The notes under the pieces are model-generated. The model saw only the letters and a list, made by a program, of their open reading frames with translations, searched no databases and was not told the origin of the DNA. This document shows, piece after piece, positions 19,898-28,466 of a DNA stretch of 64,000 bases; positions within the stretch are counted from its first letter, which is position 1; the number at the start of each line of letters is the position of its first letter. Both the position numbers and the translations under genes were made by a program. The DNA is from an uncultured bacterium (GTDB taxonomy: Bacteria; Hinthialibacterota; Hinthialibacteria; Hinthialibacterales; Hinthialibacteraceae): positions 1,162-65,161 of the forward strand of contig CAYQOX010000024.1 in assembly GCA_964419335.1 (NCBI GenBank), read 5' to 3'.

Positions 19898-20779
19898 ATG
19901 AAATCTTATCTTGACTGTATACCATGTTTCATGCGCCAAACCTTGGATGCCATTCGCCGCATCACTGACGATGAAAGCATCCAAGAAAGTGTCCTGCGCA
20001 CCATTTTGCTTGAAGCCAGTCAAATGGATCTAAACGAACCGCCGCCCCGCATGGGACAAAAAATTCATCGCCTTATTCGTAAAAAAACCGGAGTTTCTGA
20101 TCCCTACGAAGAAACAAAACGCCAATCCAATCAGGAAGTCCTTTCCCTCTACCAGGGATTACGCTCCATCATCGACGATACAGATGAATCGATCGAACTG
20201 GAAACTGCTTTTCGCTTAGCCATCGCGGGCAACATCATCGATCTCGGCACTAATTCGCATATTCATCGCGCCGATATCCAAAAAGGAATCGATCAGGCTC
20301 TTGTCGATCCTTTTTACTGGGACCATAAAGAAATACTGAAATCCATCAGCCAAGCCCATAGCATTCTCTACATCGCCGATAATGCCGGTGAAATTGTCTT
20401 TGATCGCTTACTGATCGAACGTCTACCCAAAGATAAAATCACGGTCGCCGTACGAGGCTTTCCCGTCTTAAACGATGCCACCCGCTTCGACGCTGAAGAA
20501 ACCGGCTTAACCTCTCTCGTGCATGTGATTGATACCGGCTCCGATGCCCCCGGCATCCTTCTTGAAGAATGCTCAGACGAGTTTTTACACCATTTCAACA
20601 ACGCCGATCTCATCATGGCCAAAGGCCAAGGAAACTATGAAACCTTAAGCGATCTCAACAGAAAAATTCTTTTCATATTGAAAGCCAAATGTCCTGTCAT
20701 CGCTCGGCACATTGGCTGCCAAGTCGGTGACATGATTTTAACCATGAATCGTTCTCCAGCTACGATTCAACAACCATAA
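19898..20779 (+). CDS. DUF89 family protein (ARMT1-like damage-control phosphatase fold, CxxC subfamily)
   Basis: N-terminal LDCIPCFMRQ motif characteristic of subfamily-I DUF89 proteins; length ~290 aa. Confidence 0.55.
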   Translation: MKSYLDCIPCFMRQTLDAIRRITDDESIQESVLRTILLEASQMDLNEPPPRMGQKIHRLIRKKTGVSDPYEETKRQSNQEVLSLYQGLRSIIDDTDESIELETAFRLAIAGNIIDLGTNSHIHRADIQKGIDQALVDPFYWDHKEILKSISQAHSILYIADNAGEIVFDRLLIERLPKDKITVAVRGFPVLNDATRFDAEETGLTSLVHVIDTGSDAPGILLEECSDEFLHHFNNADLIMAKGQGNYETLSDLNRKILFILKAKCPVIARHIGCQVGDMILTMNRSPATIQQP

Positions 20780-20804
20780 AAAGATATCATTCTAAGAAAG
20801 TGAG

Positions 20805-21212
20805 GTGATGATGATGCCAGGAGGAGACAGAAGAGGACCCTTAGGCATGGGACCCATGACCGGTCGTGCCGCAGGTTTCTGCGCAGGCTACTCCGCCCCG
20901 GGTTACATGAACCCGGCCTTCGGTCCTGGCTTTGGCCGCGGCCGTGGCCGGGGTGGTATGTTCGGCGGTGGCCGTGGTTGGCGTAATTGGTATTACGCCA
21001 CCGGCTTAACCGGTTGGCAGCGTGCTATGGCCGGGATGCCGCCCCATGGATACACCCCTCCCGCGGCGGCACCCGCCCAAGCCCCCCCAAATTGGGCTAT
21101 GAGCAAAAACCAAGAACTCGATGAACTCAAAGGCCAGGCGGAATATCTCGAGGACGCTCTGGATGGAGTAAAAAAACGCATCTCAGAATTGGAAAGCGAA
21201 CAAGCAAAATAA
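20805..21212 (+). CDS. DUF5320-like protein with Gly/Arg-rich N-region and C-terminal coiled coil
   Basis: GPMTGRAAGFCAGY...GRGRGRGGMFGGGRGWRNWYYATGLTGWQR matches DUF5320 conserved block; C-terminal ELDELKGQAEYLEDALDGVKKRISELE. Confidence 0.55.
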   Translation: MMMMPGGDRRGPLGMGPMTGRAAGFCAGYSAPGYMNPAFGPGFGRGRGRGGMFGGGRGWRNWYYATGLTGWQRAMAGMPPHGYTPPAAAPAQAPPNWAMSKNQELDELKGQAEYLEDALDGVKKRISELESEQAK

Positions 21213-21282
21213 ACTAACACTATGTTTGGCTAGGGTTCCTCCCATCATCCCATTCACCCTAGCCATTTTTTTGGAGAATACT

Positions 21283-21849
21283 ATGAGTATCGCGATAACT
21301 GCACAACAACCAACTTTAGATTCCGATGTGGATCCTCGCTTTGGCCGCTGCGCCTACCTTCTCATCGTCAATCCTGATAACTTCGAATTCGATGTCATGG
21401 AAAATCCCAATCTCTCCGCTTCCAGCGGCGCCGGGATCCAAACCGCCTCCCTCCTTTCCGAAAAAGGAGTCGATACCGTCATTACCGGCAACTGCGGCCC
21501 CAACGCCCACCAAACCCTCTCCGCTGCTGGGATCAACGTCATTACCGGTGCCGGCGGCCCCATCCGCGCTGTGCTCGAACAGTATCAACTCAATCATTTT
21601 TCTTCCGCCCAGGGCCCCAACGTCGATTCCCATACCGGCATGGCCAATAACGTAAATCCTTCTCCCGACCCAAATTTAAGTACACCGAATACAGGTTTCC
21701 CCGCCTCGGGTATGGGCCGAGGGAAAGGCCAAGGTCGAGGTGCCGGGGGTGGAGGCGGACGCGGCCAAGGCGGCGGCCGTGGTCAGGGACGAGGTCGAGG
21801 CCAAGGCCAAGGCGGTGGTGCTGGCGGCGGCCGTGGACGCAATCGCTGA
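21283..21849 (+). CDS. NifX/NafY-like (PF02579-type) protein with long C-terminal RGG/GRG-repeat tail
   Basis: MSIAITAQQPTLDSDVDPRFGRCAYLLIV...GAGIQTASLLSEKGVDTVITGNCGP; tail GRGKGQGRGAGGGGGRGQGGGRGQGRGRGQGQGGGAGGGRGRNR; GGAGA RBS; ORF 21226 trimmed to ATG 21283. Confidence 0.65.
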   Translation: MSIAITAQQPTLDSDVDPRFGRCAYLLIVNPDNFEFDVMENPNLSASSGAGIQTASLLSEKGVDTVITGNCGPNAHQTLSAAGINVITGAGGPIRAVLEQYQLNHFSSAQGPNVDSHTGMANNVNPSPDPNLSTPNTGFPASGMGRGKGQGRGAGGGGGRGQGGGRGQGRGRGQGQGGGAGGGRGRNR

Positions 21850-21894
21850 TTAATGTATTCTTACTCACGGATCAACCCAAGGGACTTTCGATCG

Positions 21895-22761
21895 ATGAAA
21901 ATATCAATTGCTAGTGGAAAAGGTGGTACCGGCAAAACCACCATCGCGACCAATCTCGCCTTTGCTCTATCCCAACAAGGCCTTCCAACATCCTATGTGG
22001 ATTGCGACGTTGAAGAGCCCAACGGGCACCTCTTTCTCAATCCCACCCGTGAAAGTCGAGAAACCGTGGGCATCACCGTTCCCTCCGTTAATCAAGAACA
22101 GTGCACCTTATGCGGGCTCTGCGGCCACATTTGCGCCTACAGCGCCATCGTTTGCGTTGGACAACAAGTGCTTACTTTCCCTGAATTATGTCATTCGTGC
22201 GGCGGGTGTTGGTTGGTCTGCCCCCAAAAGGCAATCTCAGAATCTTTTCGTCCCATGGGGGTCATCGAATTTGGACACGCAGGCTCCCTTCAATTCACCC
22301 AAGGAGTCTTAAACATTGGTGAAGTCATGCCCACCCCTGTACTCCGTGAATTGAAGAAAAAAGCCCCTCTGACCGAGGTCTCCATCTTTGACGCTCCCCC
22401 CGGGACCTCATGCCCCGTCATTGAAACCATACTCGATTCTGATTATGTCCTCCTTGTCGCCGAACCCACCCCCTTCAGCTTCCACGATTTGAAACTGGCA
22501 ATCGAGATGGTTCGTGAAATAAAATTACCTTTTGGCGTGGTTCTCAACAAAGCCGATGTGGAATACAGCGACTTGCTTGATTATTGCAATCGCATGCAAA
22601 TTCCAATCTTAGCCCAAATTCCACACCAACGCCCTATTGCTGAAGCCTATTCCCGGGGTGAATTACTCTGTTCTATCTTCCCAGAATATACAAAACTGTT
22701 TTTGGATATTTATAAATCAATTGAAACTGAGGTCGGTCAAACAAAGGGTATGACAATATGA
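21895..22761 (+). CDS. MinD/Mrp-superfamily P-loop ATPase with inserted 4Fe-4S ferredoxin domain (COG1149-type)
   Basis: MKISIASGKGGTGKTT deviant Walker A; CTLCGLCGHICAY and CHSCGGCWLVCP cysteine clusters. Confidence 0.75.
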   Translation: MKISIASGKGGTGKTTIATNLAFALSQQGLPTSYVDCDVEEPNGHLFLNPTRESRETVGITVPSVNQEQCTLCGLCGHICAYSAIVCVGQQVLTFPELCHSCGGCWLVCPQKAISESFRPMGVIEFGHAGSLQFTQGVLNIGEVMPTPVLRELKKKAPLTEVSIFDAPPGTSCPVIETILDSDYVLLVAEPTPFSFHDLKLAIEMVREIKLPFGVVLNKADVEYSDLLDYCNRMQIPILAQIPHQRPIAEAYSRGELLCSIFPEYTKLFLDIYKSIETEVGQTKGMTI

Positions 22762-23654
22762 AAGAATTGGTTGTGATCAGTGGTAAAGGTGGAACCGGCA
22801 AAACTTCCATTGCCGCTTCTCTCGCTGCATTAGTACAAAAGGTCGTTATTGCGGATTGTGATGTGGATGCCGCCGATATGCATTTGCTCCTTTCACCACA
22901 AATTCAATTCAAACAAAACTTTTCTGGCGGCTCCATCGCTCGGATTTTACCTGGACATTGCACCGCGTGTGGCAAATGTGAAGAGATCTGCCGCTTCGAT
23001 GCCATTTACTACGACGGCCCAGGTAATGGCATGGTCGACAAAACCTTTCGAATCAATCCTGTCCAATGCGATGGGTGTGGTGTGTGTGCCTGGTTTTGTG
23101 CAGAACATGCCATTGAATTCAAACCAGCCATCAATGGTGAATGGTATCAATCAGAAACCCGCCTTGGATCCATGGTTCATGCCAAATTAGGTGTCGCCGA
23201 AGAAAACTCGGGAAAACTAGTCACCTTAGTTCGTAATGAAGCAAAAAAACTCGCCCAACAGCAGCAAAGCGATTGGCTTCTCATTGATGGTTCTCCCGGC
23301 ATTGGTTGCCCTGTCATCGCTTCCATCACCGATACCGATTTAGTTCTCATTGTCGCCGAGCCCACCCGCAGCGGGATCCATGATTTAGAGCGGGTCGCGA
23401 AACTTACCCATCAACTCAACCTCAAAACCTTTGTTTGCATAAACAAGTGGGATATCAATCCCGAGCTTTCCCAGCAAATCGAAGAAAAAGCCCAAAACGT
23501 ATATTTACATTTTGCCGGCCGCATTCGTTATGATCCTGCATTCGATGCCGCCCAAAGAGAGCAGAGAACCCTCATCGAATTCCAACACAATGGTTCAGCG
23601 GATGATATCAAAAAATTATGGACAAACATAATCAATCATAAGGAGAGCAGATAA
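22758..23654 (+). CDS. MinD/Mrp-superfamily P-loop ATPase with inserted 4Fe-4S ferredoxin domain (paralog)
   Basis: ISGKGGTGKTS; CTACGKCEEICRF and CDGCGVCAWFC clusters; ATGA start/stop overlap with upstream paralog. Confidence 0.75.
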   Translation: MKELVVISGKGGTGKTSIAASLAALVQKVVIADCDVDAADMHLLLSPQIQFKQNFSGGSIARILPGHCTACGKCEEICRFDAIYYDGPGNGMVDKTFRINPVQCDGCGVCAWFCAEHAIEFKPAINGEWYQSETRLGSMVHAKLGVAEENSGKLVTLVRNEAKKLAQQQQSDWLLIDGSPGIGCPVIASITDTDLVLIVAEPTRSGIHDLERVAKLTHQLNLKTFVCINKWDINPELSQQIEEKAQNVYLHFAGRIRYDPAFDAAQREQRTLIEFQHNGSADDIKKLWTNIINHKESR

Positions 23655-23655
23655 A

Positions 23656-23994
23656 ATGAAGATTGCCATACCCGTTGTTGATGAAAAATTATCGGCTCAT
23701 TTTGGTCATTGTGAGTATTTCTCTTTGTACGAGGTGGATGAAAACACAAAGTCTATCCGTAGCCAATCCCAGCACACCCCGCCCCCGCATGAACCTGGCC
23801 TATTACCCCAATGGCTGCACGACCTGGGAGCGGATGTCATCATTTCCGGGGGCATGGGACAGCGGGCCCAACGCCTTTTTCAACAAAAAGGCATCCAAGT
23901 CATCGTCGGCGCCTCCAACGATCCCCCCGAAACCATCGTTACTCACTACATCAATAATTCTCTCGAAACCTCCTCCAACATGTGCGATCACTAA
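23656..23994 (+). CDS. NifX/NafY-like (PF02579-type) cofactor-binding protein
   Basis: MKIAIPVVDEKLSAHFGHCEYFSLYEV...LGADVIISGGMGQRAQRLFQQKGIQVI. Confidence 0.65.
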   Translation: MKIAIPVVDEKLSAHFGHCEYFSLYEVDENTKSIRSQSQHTPPPHEPGLLPQWLHDLGADVIISGGMGQRAQRLFQQKGIQVIVGASNDPPETIVTHYINNSLETSSNMCDH

Positions 23995-24000
23995 CCCAAA

Positions 24001-24028
24001 GGCCTGCCCCTTCCCGGGGCAGGCCTCC
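24001..24028 (+). terminator. perfect 10-bp GC hairpin (ggcctgcccc-ttcc-ggggcaggcc) after the NifX cluster, no T-tract
   Basis: Seen directly; weak intrinsic terminator or RNA-stabilising hairpin. Confidence 0.35.
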
Positions 24029-24207
24029 CTCCATGCCGTTATCCTATCCATCCTTCCATCCTGGCCATCCTGATTCAGACAAAAAAAAACAAAAATACCT
24101 CCCCCCATTTCTACTCCAACTCTTTCCCATCCCTCCTTGAAACACGAGTCGTCTCTTATAATGACATAAGATATTATCTTCGAAAAAAGAGTTCACAATC
24201 TTACACA

Positions 24208-24849
24208 ATGCATAAAAAAACATTAAGGAAAAGATGGGGTGAGTTAGTCTTTCGACTGGCGGGGAAGAATCTTTCCAATGCTTCTCTCCGTCGTTCACGG
24301 GCTTTTTATAATTTAATTGGTCGTTTTTATGATTGGCTTTATACCAAGCCTATCCACGAGTACCAAAATGCGGCGAACCATCTCGTTGAAAAGTACATCC
24401 CCACAGGGGGAACCGTATTAGACCTAGGCTGCGGCACCGGGGTTTTAGCAAAACGCATCGCTCCACAAGCGGACAACATCCTTGGCTTGGATTTATCCAT
24501 TCGCATGCTCCAACAAGCGAAGAAGAAATTACGTGACCAATCTTCCGCCTTACTCATCAACGCCGATTGCCGTTACCTTCCCTTTCGACCGGGAATTTTT
24601 GATACAATCGTGACCAGCTTCATGTTGGTCATTCTCTCTTCTGAAGAGCGCATCGATGTGATTCAACAGGTGTCTCATTTATTACGTGATGAAGGCCGCG
24701 TCGTGTTTTTAACCTCGCGCGAAGATTTATCCGAGCAATGGTGGAGTCCGGCCATGTGGCGGCAGGCAGGCAATAAAACTGGCTTTACTCAACTTGAGAT
24801 TGAGGATTGTTTTGAATATTATCGAATTGTATGTATGAAAAAAACATGA
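24208..24849 (+). CDS. class I SAM-dependent methyltransferase
   Basis: VLDLGCGTGVLAKRIA motif I; Methyltransf_11-like. Confidence 0.7.
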   Translation: MHKKTLRKRWGELVFRLAGKNLSNASLRRSRAFYNLIGRFYDWLYTKPIHEYQNAANHLVEKYIPTGGTVLDLGCGTGVLAKRIAPQADNILGLDLSIRMLQQAKKKLRDQSSALLINADCRYLPFRPGIFDTIVTSFMLVILSSEERIDVIQQVSHLLRDEGRVVFLTSREDLSEQWWSPAMWRQAGNKTGFTQLEIEDCFEYYRIVCMKKT

Positions 24850-25126
24850 CCTTTGGATTTTTGATTTTATTTTTGAATCCAAAAATGTTCTTAAGCGGTA
24901 GATTGTATTGAAACTACCTTGTAGATTATACAAGAAATTATGTAATTATTTTCGGGTTGAGGATGTTGCCCTCACATCGGGAGAAACGTAAGAATGTAGA
25001 GTGCCGTAGGATGATTCCATGCGTTCCGGTATTCTCTCGGGTTAACAATCCCCTATTAGTAGACAAGGGGGTGGCATCTCCACGACTCCGGTTTCAATTT
25101 TCATTTCCTGAAGGTGAGGTTTATGA

Positions 25127-26377
25127 ATGATGAACTATCAATCTCTCTTTGTCTTTATTCTCTTTCCTTTATTGTTTACAGCCTGCACGACTCCGAATTT
25201 CATGGCGACTTCGTACGATGTTCCTGTCATGGATGGAGTCATGCACACCGTCCATGAAGGAGATACCATCGATGCGATCGCTGAAACCTATGATGTTACA
25301 TCACAGCGCATTCGTCGCGTGAATAATCTGCAAACCGATGTGAATCCCCAACCGGGGACTCGCTTGTTTATTCCGGGTGCCCAAGAATTACGGGTCGTCA
25401 ATGTGGACAAAGTAAAGAAGGAGAGACGAGATGGGTTATATCACTGGGTCGCCCCCGGGGAAACTCTCATTGCCATCGCCAATGCCTACAAGGAATATGG
25501 AGTGACCGTCGACGAATTGCAACGCGTTAACAACATCCCTGATGCGAAAAAACTCCGAGCCGGCCAAGAAATTTGGATCCCTCGGGGCATGGAAGTCAAG
25601 GATGTTGATATTCCTAAATTCACGGTGAAGACGGAAAGTCCTATTCCTGCCTATCAGGATGAAAAAAAGGAGCCCCGCGTCCAGCAACAAATTGTCTCTT
25701 ACGAGAAAGACAATCAAGAAGCAGATGAACAAGATCTCCCTGACGAAACTCAAACCGTTGTCCAAACCGAACAAGAGGATCAAGAAGAACAAAAGCAAGA
25801 AATCACGCAAATAGATCAAGTAGACCAAGAAGAACCTCAAGACCAAGAAGAAAAAACAACCCCGCAAGAACAAGTTTCAAAATCACAAGAATCCCAAACT
25901 CAACCTGAACCCGAAGGAGAAGAGGTGGAGTTTCCCCGCAAAATTGAACGTGTCGGGGAACTAAAATTCCAATGGCCCCTCAAAGATAATTTCCGCGTCC
26001 TCCGGTCTTTCAGCTCCTCAATGACCAACTATAACGCTGGCATCGATCTCGGCGCTGAAATCGGGACTCCCGTTTATGCCGCCGCCCATGGCGAAATCCA
26101 ACTGGTGGGTTCGGTCACCGACGAACTGGGCAGCAGCTACGGCAACCACATCATCTTGTACCATGGCACCCGCAATAACAAAGGCATGCGCACCTTTTAC
26201 GCTCATCTTAACGAAACCGCTGTTGAGGTGGGACAAGAAATCGAACGCGGTGAACTCATCGGCCGTATTGGCAATACCGGCCGTCCCTCGGTCAAAGAAA
26301 GCGGGGTTTTACATTTCGAAGTTCGTGAATTAGGCAATGCCATGGATCCCATGGATGTCTTACCCCCTCTGGATTAA
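25127..26377 (+). CDS. lipoprotein with two LysM domains, E/Q-rich linker and C-terminal M23 peptidase (NlpD-like)
   Basis: Lipobox LLFTAC; two LysM blocks (HTVHEGDTIDAIAETYDV..., HWVAPGETLIAIANAY...); M23 motifs (GIDLGAEIGTPVYAAAHG, HLNE...GQEIERGELIGRIGNTG, HFEV). Confidence 0.8.
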   Translation: MMNYQSLFVFILFPLLFTACTTPNFMATSYDVPVMDGVMHTVHEGDTIDAIAETYDVTSQRIRRVNNLQTDVNPQPGTRLFIPGAQELRVVNVDKVKKERRDGLYHWVAPGETLIAIANAYKEYGVTVDELQRVNNIPDAKKLRAGQEIWIPRGMEVKDVDIPKFTVKTESPIPAYQDEKKEPRVQQQIVSYEKDNQEADEQDLPDETQTVVQTEQEDQEEQKQEITQIDQVDQEEPQDQEEKTTPQEQVSKSQESQTQPEPEGEEVEFPRKIERVGELKFQWPLKDNFRVLRSFSSSMTNYNAGIDLGAEIGTPVYAAAHGEIQLVGSVTDELGSSYGNHIILYHGTRNNKGMRTFYAHLNETAVEVGQEIERGELIGRIGNTGRPSVKESGVLHFEVRELGNAMDPMDVLPPLD

Positions 26378-26445
26378 CTCGAGGCTCACTTTTTAGACTC
26401 TATTTTGATACTTTGATTAAAAAAACACTGTGAGGGTGACGTAGA

Positions 26446-26817
26446 ATGAACAAAAATAAAGAACGCCGAGTCTTCGAACGGGAAACGGTCCGTATTCCCT
26501 TTATTTACAGCTTGGATGAAGGTGAATCTTTCGACGAAGGAGAATGGAAAGAAGCCATGACCGAGGATATCGGTCCCGTCTTGGTCGGCGGCCTCGCTTT
26601 TTACACTGATGATGAACTCCAGGTCGATGACACCATCCGCATCGCCCTCTTTATGGATCTTGAACTCAAAGAAATGTGGTGCGACGAACCCGAAGCCTTC
26701 CCCGCCATCTATCACGGCAAGGTCCTGCGGATTACGAATGATGATCGCGGCCAACGGGTGGCGGTTGTTTTTCGAGGTTTCGAAAAACAGTATGGCGAAG
26801 CCCCAGAAGAAACTTAA
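26446..26817 (+). CDS. PilZ-domain protein (c-di-GMP receptor-like)
   Basis: N-terminal RRVFERETVR (RxxxR) and DIGPVLVGGLAF (DxSxxG-like) motifs. Confidence 0.55.
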   Translation: MNKNKERRVFERETVRIPFIYSLDEGESFDEGEWKEAMTEDIGPVLVGGLAFYTDDELQVDDTIRIALFMDLELKEMWCDEPEAFPAIYHGKVLRITNDDRGQRVAVVFRGFEKQYGEAPEET

Positions 26818-26825
26818 CTCAACTT

Positions 26826-28034
26826 CTAACTCCCGGGAAAATATTTCTTAGCGCATTCTTCACATATACTGTGGGTGAAATCGGCATCCGAATGATCTCG
26901 TATATATTCTTCCAACTGATTCCAATACCCCTTGTCGTCCCGTATTTTTTTACATGAGGAACAGATGGGTATCAAACCGCTAAGCCGCTTCACTTTCTCT
27001 AGCGCTTCTTGTAATTCTTGAATTAATTCTTTTTGTTCCCCTTCAATTCGCTTCCGTTCCTCCACCTCATGCCCCAACTTCTCATTCGCTTGGACTAAAT
27101 TCTCCGTACGCTTGGTAATCATCTCCTCTTGCTGATCCATTTGATTCCGCAAATTCAGCGACATTTGATTAAAAGCATTCGAAAGTTCTACCCATTCACG
27201 CCCCTGCCTCAAATCAATCGTTTCCCCGATTTTCCTTTGATCACTCGATATTTCCTGCGATTTTTTTCTCAACACCTTGAGGGGATAATAGATCAAATGC
27301 CGGCTAATTAAATATTGAGCACCAAACAGAATTAATAATATTCCCACCATATAAACGGTTAACCGCCACGTAAATGCCTCCACCTGGGCATAGGCTTGCT
27401 CCAACGGAATGCGTATCGATATGGCTGAGGCCACCTCTCCCACATCGCGATGAAAACTCCGCTCATCCCCATACCGCGCTACCAACTCCCGAGGCGCCGC
27501 CTCAGGTTCACTATGACACATCAAACAGGATTGTTCGAGAGTTTCCCCCCGCCGCATGACCACATATTGCAGCGCTCCATCGATCTTTCGCACCTCTGTC
27601 TTTTCCTCAAGATCAGGGGCGGATTGTAACTCCCTCAAAAATTGTTTTTCATAGATATCCGCTTCATTCTCCGGACTGCGGGCATTGATCGCACATTCTT
27701 TATAATAATATCCCTCTTCTGAATATTCTTTAAAATACTGATCCATCTTTCGAATCGCATAGGTGGATGACATCCATGTGGGATCAAAATATTCCTCATC
27801 CCGAAAGGATTCACTCCACTCCAGCACATTAGGCTTCAAGACTTCAGTAAAATATGTGTGAGTGGCCAAATTACGGTCTAACAAAAGCCTCGCCTTCTGC
27901 CGCGCATCTTCCAAAGCCTTGCTTTTCATTTCCTTGTCCAAAATATAAACCACCATCAAACCCAGGAATAACAAAACAAGGAATAATGCTATATTTTTTG
28001 TGAACAGAATACTAAAACTTTTCATTCGAAACAT
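26826..28034 (-). CDS. membrane sensor: periplasmic c-type heme-binding DUF3365-like domain (CxxCH) - TM - HAMP/coiled coil - C-terminal Cys4 module, no kinase/MCP/GGDEF output
   Basis: TM1 (ALFLVLLFLGLMVVYIL); CLMCHSEP...YGDERSFHRDVGEVASAISIRIP; TM2; coiled coil; C-terminus LIPICSSCKKIRDDKGYWNQLEEYIRDHSDADFTHSICEECAKKYF. Confidence 0.65.
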   Translation of the reverse strand: MFRMKSFSILFTKNIALFLVLLFLGLMVVYILDKEMKSKALEDARQKARLLLDRNLATHTYFTEVLKPNVLEWSESFRDEEYFDPTWMSSTYAIRKMDQYFKEYSEEGYYYKECAINARSPENEADIYEKQFLRELQSAPDLEEKTEVRKIDGALQYVVMRRGETLEQSCLMCHSEPEAAPRELVARYGDERSFHRDVGEVASAISIRIPLEQAYAQVEAFTWRLTVYMVGILLILFGAQYLISRHLIYYPLKVLRKKSQEISSDQRKIGETIDLRQGREWVELSNAFNQMSLNLRNQMDQQEEMITKRTENLVQANEKLGHEVEERKRIEGEQKELIQELQEALEKVKRLSGLIPICSSCKKIRDDKGYWNQLEEYIRDHSDADFTHSICEECAKKYFPGS

Positions 28035-28090
28035 TGAATTTTACCAACAAATTTTCATAAGGCTAAAAAGTCCTAAAGCAGGTGTTGTTA

Positions 28091-28112
28091 ACGTGAATAA
28101 CACCTTTTTTAT
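28091..28112 (+). terminator. hairpin aggtgtt-N12-aacacct followed by T6, directly abutting MITE copy 7 (overlaps its left TSD)
   Basis: Seen directly; no plus-strand gene immediately upstream. Confidence 0.3.
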
Positions 28113-28340
28113 GGTTCATCCTGGATTTGAGTACTTTTTGATCCATTGAAAAGAAAACAGAACATGATTCTAAAGTGAAAACCATGGTTATTTTCAATGT
28201 ACATGAATCGAACCACAACGCCGAAGGGGCTTGTGTGGAGCGGCTTTCGGAGCAAGCGGCCCTTAAGGCCGCGCGGAGACAAGCGAAACACATCCCCAAG
28301 GCGTTTTCCCCAAAAAAAGTACTCACTTTCGTGATGAGCC
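28113..28340 (+). mobile_element. MITE copy 7 (full length) flanked by 8-bp TSD TTTTTTAT (28105-28112 / 28341-28348)
   Basis: Near-identical to copy 1; perfect direct repeat on both flanks. Confidence 0.85.
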
Positions 28341-28466
28341 TTTTTTATTATAGTTTTATATTACAATAAGACCAGAACAATAAAATAAAATTTTTCAATA
28401 CTCCAAGTGAACCGCATCAAAATGATACTACACAACACCAACCTTCTCTCTCTCCAAAATATACAC

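Noticed and set aside
24850-25126. Possible riboswitch (e.g. c-di-GMP class) in the 277-bp leader upstream of the LysM/M23 lipoprotein gene
   Set aside because: No recognisable riboswitch consensus or convincing conserved stems found by eye. Only a weak hairpin (tttggatt...aatccaaa) that is more likely the terminator of the upstream methyltransferase gene.
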